NCBI GenBank assembly: GCA_964035545.1 | Contig: OZ037765.1 | Coordinates: forward strand, 7,078,698-7,142,697 | Length of the DNA stretch: 64,000 nucleotides | DNA from: Bugula neritina | Lineage: Eukaryota; Animalia; Bryozoa | Direction of reading: 5' to 3' | Shown here: positions 53,925 through 64,000 of the stretch, in pieces | How the letters are laid out: every line of letters begins with the position of its first letter | Numbering within the stretch: the stretch's first letter is position 1 | The notes under the pieces: model-generated | Told to the model about the DNA's origin: nothing | Databases searched by the model: none | Seen by the model: only the letters and a program-made list of their open reading frames with translations | Program-made: the position numbers and the translations under genes

Positions 53925-56900
53925 TCATGGAGGTCGGTGAGATGAGTAACTCTCCGCCAATACAAACATTGTCTGGTCAGGAAGACTTTTTTGCAGCTTA
54001 TAATTACGATTGAGATTCTTTCTTGTAGGGCGATAGGGTAGAGTGTCGGGGCCAGGGGTAACTTTAAGGAATCTGTTTATATTGCCAGAAGCTACTAGAG
54101 GTAAACCATCCGGTGGTTTAATAACCAGTTTTCTTGGGGCAAGTGGCACCACCAGCTGGGCGGAGATATCTTTTTGAAGCATTTTTAAAACTCTACTTTT
54201 AGCAGAATGGTTGAGACTGCCCGAAGTAGATGTGGCACCATTACTATTCCGGACATGATAGGGAACTAAACTATCAACATTGTATTCGGATTGTATGCAA
54301 TCCTGTTTACAAGTACAGTCACTGGCCTCATTAGCCAGCTTAATGATACCATTACTTCCACACTTTGGACAGAAAGACTTCTCTGTAGCTCCTGGCTCAA
54401 TCTTCAGTATTTTACGTGCATTGTCAATACCTAGAATATTATAACAAACATGATGTTAGCAGAAGCTCTAAGCAGGATTAATGGAAAATGACAAAACATG
54501 AAACTTATAGAGTCAAAATCATATTTAGTTTAAATAATGGTTTAGTCACTTCTATATAGTATTTGAAACATTCACAAAGCTAAATGAAAAGCAAGTAAAA
54601 ATTTTAGCACGCATTTGCATAAACTGATGAAGCATGTGAAAAAAAGAGCTTTGCAATGAAAAGAGACTTTTGTTTATAAAAAATATACATAGGCGAAGGG
54701 AATTTTAAGATTTCTGAATCAGCATTATAAGCAAAATCAGATCAGTTTGAAAGCCTGGGCTAAAGTAAAAGATGGCGGGTGACTGCAAAAGCTTGAAGCC
54801 TTATTGAGTTGAAGGAAACGGGAGATGAACAAATAGAAATAAGATTGCAGAGGCACAAAACTTGTGAGTCAAATAATGGGTTACTTGCGGATATACATTG
54901 CTCTAGAGCAAGTTAGAGCATAGGCTTGCTAGCTCTACCGATGTAGTAATACTTGGTTATGCTAGTAAACCTGTGAGCTAAAGGAAAAGAATACTTGAGT
55001 TACATATGGATTAGGGTAAAATAAAACCTAAGATTAACAAAAAGCTGCAAGATGCAAACAAACATTGTCTATTTTTGCATATGGTTGAATTTATTTTTGC
55101 ATATTTCAGGGAACTTGAGTTGAGCCAGCTCCCTGATATAGTAGAGTATTCGATTACATTCACGTTGACTGCCATAGATTTGTTGAGGTTGGTTACTCAT
55201 TTTATTTTTTTTAATTGAGAGACTGTGTAAATGTGCGGGAGGCTTCTTTAGTTCAGGAAGTACAAAAGTCTCTCGATGTGTAAACATGAAGGTCACCTGA
55301 CCTACTTCCTGCTTACCTTCTTTTATCTTTCGGAGGTAGGAATCAGTAGGCTTCATCAAATCTAACTGAGCTTTGTGCTGCATTTCCATAGATTTGGAGG
55401 AGTTTCTCTTCCTTTTTAGCAACAAGCCTTCTTTCTTTTCTACTTTGGCGCTGTTTGGTTCACTAAATGATTTATTTTCTGCTATGGGATCTAATAGATG
55501 AGTGGGAGTTGTCTTTTCTGTAGCATCAACCGGAGTTTTCTTTCCTTTAAGGCCATCTGCGAGAGGAGATGGCTCTTTGTGAACTAACTTAATTGATGGC
55601 TTGCGTTTCTTTTCAATATTTTCTTTTTTGTTTGCAGCTGCATTTGAAGAATTGACATCAGTTTTTGAAGAAACATGCTGATATGGTGTTTCATGTACGA
55701 CAACACGCCTTAACCTGGGTGCAACTGTGAGTGGGACTGGGTTTTTCAGACTTGTCCCTTCCACAGAAAGGTTCATGCCTAAGTACTGTGGAACTGCCAC
55801 CATAGCTGTCTTGTATATAAGCTCAAAATTTCCAGTGTCACATGTCTTATCCAGCTTTCTGTCGAGTACAACTAAAATATTATGAAAACAGCCAATAAAT
55901 ACTTGTTGACTAGGAAAAAATTGAAAGTCTCAGAATTTATTAGTACTGCCAGACTAAAATCATTTTCACATGTTAGTATGACATCAACAATTAGCTTTAG
56001 TCATGACATTGTTGCTCCCATCACTTTTTGTCAAGCTAATGAAATTGCAGCTATTCATATAGATATAATGCCACACAACATACCTTTCATGGTGTCCTCA
56101 ACCACGTTCTGACAAAGCCTTTTTGTGACATGTGTATTTTGGGCTAGAGTAGGACTGCAGTTTATTTCCAACAACCAAGGCCTGTAGTCTTCTGTCAACA
56201 TGAAGTCTGCACCATACAACTCAAATGAGCTCTGAAACATATGAAATCCGCATTCTTAAATATTTTTATGTAAGGTTTTGAGCTTGTACATCTTTTGTAT
56301 CACTAAAAATGAGAAAACGGCAATCACTAATTATCACTAGTTAATGCAAATGTATTGCATTGTTAGAGTAAAAATTTGCAGTTGCTAACAAGAACATACA
56401 ATTACACTTTTTAGCCAACAAAATGGTCCTCTGTAGCTTCATCATCAAAACTTACATTCACAAAAACTTAGATGAGATGAAAATAATATTTTAACATGCA
56501 GCTAGATGTTAACTGGGTGTGTCAACTAACCTTTCGGTATTCAATAATATCACGAGTGGTTAAGAGAGAGCAAATAACGGCCTGTTGCATTCCTGGCTTT
56601 ATTCTTTCCTCCATGTAATGACCAGCCCCTCTGTTGCTGCAACCAAATAAAGTTATGAAGACAAAAAATATTACTCAAACAGTACAGCCTAGTGCAGGGC
56701 CTAGTGTATATGGTACCTGCAGCTGTGAATAAACATGTACTTTGTGTGAACAGTCCAACTAGTCAGAAATTCAAAATTTTTACTATTAAATTTGATCTAA
56801 CATATCTTAACTAAGAACAGAAACTATTTATACACATTCTGATATTCTGCCAACTTTGATTATCCTCAAATAAATCAGCATAGCCATTGTGAAGAATTTT

Positions 56901-59900
56901 ATACATGCGGTAATTAGGTTTTTATTTCAAATTTAAAAAAATGGTCACTACATTTACGAAATGAAAAATGATAGCTATGGAATACAAAAACAAAAAGCTA
57001 TAATAAGCAAAGCAAATAGGAAAGCTGTCAACACTAAGTAAGCTAGAACATAACTCCAAGGCAAGAGTCTGCATGTTACTTACTCTAAGAAATGTTGAAA
57101 CTCATCATCTGACGCCCACATAGAGTCCGAAGGTATGTCTTTACTTCTGTTAGGGTCTACTACATAGTGCTTTTGTATTGAGTTGTTAGACAGGTGAATG
57201 ATGCTGAAATATAAATCATGTTTAAATCTTCTGAAAACTGATTTACTTGTTTAGATCAATAAAGAATCCAGGTAGGTGCAGTAATTGAGAAAAGCCTGTA
57301 TTCTAAATTAGAAATATAGCAACAGAAGTTATGTTCTTGCAAAAATTTCAACCCACACCCGCAAACCAAAATTTAATAAAAGAAAATAAAAAAACTTAGA
57401 CTATCTCCATTTCTTCACGGTTGCTCCTAAATGAAAGAACAGCGGTGTGCTTTGCTTGAAAATGAGTTTCTATTTGTAGAAATTCAAATATACATTATAA
57501 TCATGCTAAATATTGACTAGAATTATAATAAGAGCAAGTATTATGGTGCACTATGTACGTATGCATAGTTCTACTCACTCATCTAATTCATCAAGAGAAA
57601 AGTTCTTTTTGCAGAACCGTACATAGAAGTCTTTGTACCACCAGATGGTCAATGGATTCCAATCAGTTACGAGGAACCACTGTCTGATATCAAACTTTGT
57701 TTCGTAAATTAGAAGAGGCCTTTCGATATACTTCTGTACAACAAACTTGCTGTCTTTTCGCACTACTGAATCCACAAGTTTAAGCATATCATGCAGCTTG
57801 TCATAGCAGACAATACCTGTAAAAGTAGGGTGTGTTGAACCTATATTACCAACAGCAAACCTTTTAAATTTATATAAAGATTAGTGCAGTATGGACATTT
57901 GTATTTAATAATACAGCGAGTGTGACCTATACAGTTACCTATACTAATTATTAAGTAATGCTGTGCAACTTGCATATATAAGCATATAATGGGTTGAAAC
58001 TTGATAGTGAGTTGTGATTCAACAAACAGCAGTGTTGATAAGATTACAGAATTAAATTGGCAAATGACAAATTTAAATATTTATTTTTGCATATCAGAGT
58101 TCTAATCATAGCCTTTACCTCTTCCTCTAGACTTGGCTCCTGGCTTTACTATCCACAGGTTTTTAATACCATCCAAATCAAACTGTGGCCAGTATTTTCG
58201 CAGCTCTTCCGCCATCTTTTCACATTCTTCTAGTCTTGGCCCAGTACCTGGTATGATTCCTTTGTTACTAAACATAAAAAACAGACAGTAAAATAATACA
58301 GTTACGCTCTGTAAACTTTATCTTGTTGAAGGTTAGTTGGTAATACAATTTATTATAATTGTCATAACCAAATTCCTATCATACATACACTTAATTCACA
58401 AATTGTATGTTAGTTGCACTTAGGAGCAGTTGAGGAGAAATTGAGATAGCCTAAGTTCTTTATTTCTTTTCATTAAATTTTTGTTGGGTGCGGGTTGAAC
58501 ATACCTTATTTTGCTACATTTCTAATTTAGAACACAAGCTTTTCTCAAGTTCTCTATTACTGCACCTACCTTGTTAGTTGGACAGGAAAAAGATATGTAA
58601 ATATTAATTCCATTAAGCAGTTTTCTAGTCACATGTGAGTCTAGGAGTCTAGTAACTTGTGAATGATGAAGATTAGCATGTGACTTACTGACATAAGAGA
58701 TAGTACTGCTGGAGGAAGCTCTCCCAGTCAATGTCGAGTATTTCCTGTACAGAGAGATCTTCCAACTCCTCATTCTCTCGAAATCTCAGAAAGAGCTCAC
58801 ACTGCAGCAAAGCTGTGTCTAGCAGTGACATGGGAAGACGAGGTGATTTCTTTACCTTCTTCTCTATAAAGATAGCGCCAATTATAACTATCAGATAAAA
58901 GTTTTCAGGATAAAACCAATAACCTTGTGGAGGTGAAAGTAATAAATGATTTGAAGAATGTAATAGGAATATTTAACTGCATCCGACAGCTAAAATATAA
59001 TTTGCTTCTTTGCTAAATTAAATTTCTATTAAAATAGTGCTTAATTTACAATACTGCATAAACATTGTGAAAAAGTAGCTTTTTTTCAAAATAAGTTGAC
59101 TTCAAAGAAGAATTTTCAAACTTAAAGTAAACAAATACAATTTATAGACTTCTAAATGAGAGAAAAATATTATGAAAATAATCATTAAAGCTCATAATGT
59201 GGTGTAAGTTGCATTGGGCGCTTAAAATGTTTTATCTTCTGTCTTGTTTTAACCAGCAAGTCTACCTATTTTTTTCTGGAACATGCATCAATAAAATATG
59301 AATAAATAAAAAATATCTGTTTACAGTTGAGCATTAATTATATAATTATAATAAATTATAAATAATAAAATTAAAAACAGCATGCATTCTACATCATTGA
59401 AGTCACTGACCATTTTTATTACTAATTTATAAAACGACAGCTACAAATATTTTGATGAAAATATATAAAATAAAACGTTCATCTTTTCCAAAAGTTTTGG
59501 GTTGCTTAAATGCACGGGTAAGAGTTTTGAAAATGCAAGCAATGCATACATAAAGTTATATGGAATAACAGTGAAACTGGAAGGTCTTCTGATACCTGGA
59601 AATCCTTGTAGAAAACTTTAAACTACTCATTCCTTTGCATTGTAAAATTTTTTTAAAAACAAGTTATCACATTACAGTACCATTTTGAACATTAATTGGA
59701 CAAATGTATTCTTTTATTTCATAAAACCAATTTAATAGTTCACATGTTTTACATTAGATTGAGTAAATCTCAAGCTCTTTGTGGATACAGAAAGTGTCAG
59801 AAAACCTCCTGCCAAAGTGTTTGCACTGAGCAAATAAATGGAACAGTGAGCAGCAAAACTGATAGAAATTTGTGCAGTGAAGCAGGCTATAGAATGCATA

Positions 59901-62900
59901 TTATGTTTCTTTCAATACTCTACCTTCATCTTCTTCTATTTCCACTTCAACAGGAGTGGAACAAAAGAAATATTCTAATTCATTCTCCTCTAAATAAAAT
60001 TTGAGCGCAGTTAAATCTCTTTTCTTAGAATTTATAAATTGAATATACTAGTTAAACTAGCAAAAAGTTTTAATTAAAACTTTCAAATACTCTCTTCTGC
60101 ATTTCCATTGGCATATGATTGACTTTTTAGAAAAATAGGAAACACAGCGTTTTTATTGTACTAGATTGCAATGCATTTGCTACTGTGAGTCAAGTTTCTT
60201 CTATCAACCAAAAAGCATTGCAAGTACGAAAAATAAAACAGCCTCATTCTACCTTTTCTAGGAGTTTTGCTATCTTTAGAGATAACAGAAGGATGCACTA
60301 GCTGAGGCAGACTGTCTTTAGATTCACCATGCTGCTCTGTCTCTTCTTTTCTGGGACTACTCTTCTCAGACGCATCATCCACGGCAGCATCAGAAGGCAA
60401 GTTATGGGCTGCTGCCTTAGACTGTTCACCCTCTTCATCAGACAAAACGTCGGAGTTTAAATTTTCTGTATTTCTCAAAATCACCCATCTCACGACTCCC
60501 ATGCATGCCGTCAGATAATAGTCATCTGAAATCAAAATGATTACAACTCACTCAATAGGAAGTTATTTGAGGTAAAAAAATATTTATTAACAAATAATAT
60601 CTAGAAAAGTCAGGCACAGGTAAAACGAAGCTGCATGCAACACTACTGAAACTTTGCCAGTTTTAATGTTAGCTCGCATATAATACTTTTTGTTGATAAA
60701 GCTCATAAAACTTGTTTTGAAAACAAGATTAAAACAATGAAGTAAAGACTATGCTATTGTGAACATTTCATCGTAATAAACCAAAGAGTTTATTGTAATA
60801 AGTTAATGAAACGATTAATTAAAGCAGTGTGACTACATTTATATATAGCAATATGGCAAAAGAAAAACTCAGACTAAGCGCACGCAGTGACACCAATGTC
60901 TGCCGTAAACTTACCTATGAAAGCTCCCTTTTCTTCTTCATGGCTGAGTCGGTAGCATCGAGGAAAAAACGTTTCATGTCCAACATTTTGGTACCAATGT
61001 GAGCTTCGGAGATTAGTGCACAAGCCAACTTTGGTGGTGAAGGCACCGTTCTGGCCATAGTGATTCACCATTTGATCTTTCCGTAGATACCGGAAGTCAA
61101 TAGCATCTCTTCTAATACACCATATGAATTGAGGTGCACAGTTTCTAGCCATTCTCGACTAAAATAATGCAAACCAGCTTAAGAACACATAAAATATTTG
61201 TTGATCTTTTGACTATAAAGCAGATTTTGGTGTCCGTGCAGAAAGTATAACACTGCAAAAAAATATCCGAGGTAATCTATCAGAGTCAACTACTAAATTT
61301 TCATAAGAGAATAATGATATTGGTCACCTTTGGTCACCTTTCACCGCCGTGGTCCTGCGCGGGTGGCGGGAAGAGAATAATGATATTATTGAACATTAAA
61401 ACTAGCTGCCAACTCCACATATAAAATCAAGTGCCATTTTGGAAAGTTTAAAATCATAATTCTTAATTTATTAAATATAAAAAGTGTCATAAATTGTTAA
61501 TCAAATCTAAAGTACTAAGCTACTATAATGCAACTGAACTTGTTTTCTAATACTGGTATAGCGATGGAAAGTTCTATTCTATACACAGAACACAACTGGT
61601 TAATTATTGCAGCCATGTATGCAATTTACATATCTATTTGACAGAAAAGAGTAGTTAACAAAGTTTAATAAGCTAATAATACTAAATAATATTCCACCAA
61701 ATGCAATATACTACCACAGAAAAAAAATTATTAGCTACGAGAATAGTTTGAGGTTGCTTGGACTTTCTCACTGCAGAGTAAACATACTTTGCAGCAATAA
61801 TGGTATACTCAGTGTGAATTATTTATGCTATACATATTTCTTACTATAAATAATGAATTATGAGCAAGTCTAAAAAATTAAATTTTATTATAGAAAATTG
61901 GAGAAATTTGTTCATTGGAAGAAATGCAAGTAAGAAGTTATAAGCCAACAGGCACTAATATCTATGGCAGAAGAAATCTAGTAAAAAGCAGAGTTACCTG
62001 TATAGTAGCATATGACTCATCCTATGAGAATAAACTATACATTATTGCACAGGTTTTGTAGTTTTCAAGGGACATACTAGAAGTAATTTATATCATACAC
62101 AAACAAAATGTAGATAATTGTTTACACACCAAGTATGTGCTTTAGTCGTGCAGTAAAAATTACCGTACCACTAAAGTGAAAAATTGACTCACCATAATAC
62201 CATAGATTCCATTTTCTTCCTCCCATGGTTTAGGGACATTTTCATCTTCTTTCAAAGCATCATCTACAATGTTAGATTCAGTAAGTACGATAGTACAATA
62301 GAGAGAATCTTCAAGCTTTTTTGGTTTTATTACGAATATACGAATTTTATCAACAAAGATAATACTGCAGAAGTACAGACCGTCATCGTCAGCTCCATCG
62401 TCATCATCACCATCATCATCTCCATCTGAGTCATCACTTCCCTGTTTACCCTTCTTGTTCCTCGGAGACTTCTTAAGTGGAGGGTCTACTTTGTAAAACT
62501 TCTCTATCCAACCCCGGCGTCTCAGTGCTTCCCGAACATGAGAATAGGGTCCTTGAATAGTGAAAATTTTCTTAGCCTACAAATGAAACAAAGAAGAAAA
62601 TTACACTTATAAAGGGTTATCAATTTTTATGAGCTCAACTGATCTTGTTTGTGTGAAGCATTAAATTTGTCGGTAATTTCTGATGATAGAAAACATGAGT
62701 AGAGTTTCATATTAACTCAAATTTGCTAGTGAAACGATTAATGTAAATGAAAGTACCTTAATCGCTTTTTCTGCTGTTTCTTTGGCATTCTGTAATCTTT
62801 CCAAATTAATGTTTATTGCACCAGAGCCAAATTTCCGATGTTTTCGATCTGATGAAGAATGTATTGAGATCATAGTCTTACTCCTGCCTTCCAACTCATG

Positions 62901-63642
62901 ATGTTCCATTGCACTTTGCCTTCAATAAAAGCAACAAGTTGCAAAACATACAAAACAATAGTTTAAAAACACCTCTTAAGTCTTACATTCAAAATAGCAC
63001 AAAATCAGTCAGTGTGAATGTAAACACAAAAAATAAAATACTTGTAGTAAAATAATTTAAGCAATCTTCATCGATAAACTCGTCTTATAAAATAGCAAGA
63101 AAATGATGATTGCACTAAATCTACAGGTATGAAATATAGCTTGATTTAACATAATTCAAAGGTATAACACTTGAGATAATATACAATTTACCTTTGATGG
63201 TGGCTTTTAATAGCTTGTTTTATTGCAGATTGTCGTTGAAACACATCTGTTTTGATATAAGGGCCTAGAAAAGTAAGATTATTCAATAACCAATTATATT
63301 TTATCTAAAATATTTCACTATTTACTCCATAATATTAGTAACACAATAATCATCTTACTGCTTTCAAGCCTTTCAGCTGCAGTGTCACCAATTGGTTGAT
63401 CTAACAGAGTAGGACTCAGTGTAATGAGATTCATGGGTCCATCACGTGATGACCATGGTCTTTGTACTTGGTCATTGACCTAAACCAGGTAAACTATACG
63501 TATAATGATAGTAATACTCATTGGGTACTTTACTTTATTTGATGCAATTTACAATTTCACAAAGTTTATAAATTTTAAATACTTTAATAATTGAAAAGAT
63601 TACCTTCATACTAGATTGATCTGGACTTGCTCCAATAATCAT
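53925..63642 (-). CDS. TTLL3: Tubulin monoglycylase, TTLL3/TTLL8 family
   Basis: Phase-consistent exons 63642-63604, 63479-63359, 63264-63192, 62919-62757, 62576-62193, 61158-60915, 60525-60253, 59944-59924, 58863-58689, 58267-58119, 57816-57579, 57203-57084, 56636-56531, 56231-56084, 55871-55317, 54430-53925 (~1100 aa). Motifs: [110 protein letters not shown]. The start codon and first three exons are less certain. Confidence 0.93.
57273..57429 (+). mobile_element. MITE-like dispersed repeat, copy 3
   Basis: Same family: TAGGTGCAGTAATTGAGAAA ... TTTCTTCACGGTTGCTCCTA. Confidence 0.8.
58421..58568 (-). mobile_element. MITE-like dispersed repeat, copy 4 (inverted)
   Basis: Reverse complement of the same family. 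Confidence 0.78.
61305..61387 (-). mobile_element. 49-bp GC-rich insertion (61322-61370) flanked by a 17-bp target-site duplication; probable extremely 5'-truncated LINE/SINE
   Basis: AAGAGAATAATGATATT at 61305-61321 and 61371-61387. The insert has a CCGCC/GGCGG stem and a 10-bp tandem tail (AAAGGTGACC x2 on minus). Confidence 0.75.
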
Positions 63643-64000
63643 TTGTCATTTATATTAGTTTGGAGCCTGCCAACTAACTGTTAAGCATGTCACACCTAAA
63701 TTAACAGAAAAAATATATTACACTGATAAAAATTACAATTTTTAGTCTGAAAATTAAAAACAATTAGGAACAAACTCTAATTCTAATGCTAGAAGACACT
63801 GCTTAAAAATATTAGTGATTTTTCCTAATATTCAATAAAGGACTAAACATTTTGTTGTGCATTTTAGAGTTTAAAGTTTACATATTTATCAAAATCAGGA
63901 ATGACATTTTACGCAATTTATACCAGCATATAGGTTTGTTTATTTTATAGAATTTTATTGGTCAATTATATACAGACAGTGCAAATCAATAAAAAGGTTA

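Noticed and set aside
54600-54670. CTGATGA...GAAA hammerhead-like core
   Set aside because: The required three stems could not be formed.
54885-54977. Candidate extra TTLL exon with AG/GT boundaries
   Set aside because: Stop codons in all frames tested.

Overview
AT-rich, intron-containing DNA of an invertebrate animal (not prokaryotic). Four spliced host genes can be reconstructed exon by exon: JNK (minus, runs off the left edge), IFT74 (plus, head-to-head with JNK), an AMPK gamma subunit with a long N-terminal extension and several candidate first exons (plus), and a TTLL3/8-type tubulin glycylase (minus). A young BEL/Pao LTR retrotransposon (29836-36014; two apparently identical 451-bp LTRs, ACTAT target-site duplication) sits in sense orientation in an AMPK gamma intron. 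Its single ORF lacks reverse transcriptase. Strongest novel signal: the element has no tRNA-type primer-binding site. Instead the 12 nt abutting the 5' LTR are the exact reverse complement of the exon-exon junction created by splicing out a GT-AG intron inside the LTR, suggesting splicing-dependent self-priming. The polypurine tract is also missing. Second signal: a degenerate, self-complementary 6-bp periodicity (ANNNTN) fills the intronic DNA just downstream of three putative promoters. Also present are minisatellites that duplicate splice donors, an intron-split start codon in IFT74, a 4-copy MITE-like family, a SINE remnant and an 816-bp perfect (AC)n. All coordinates were read by eye and no database searches were run.
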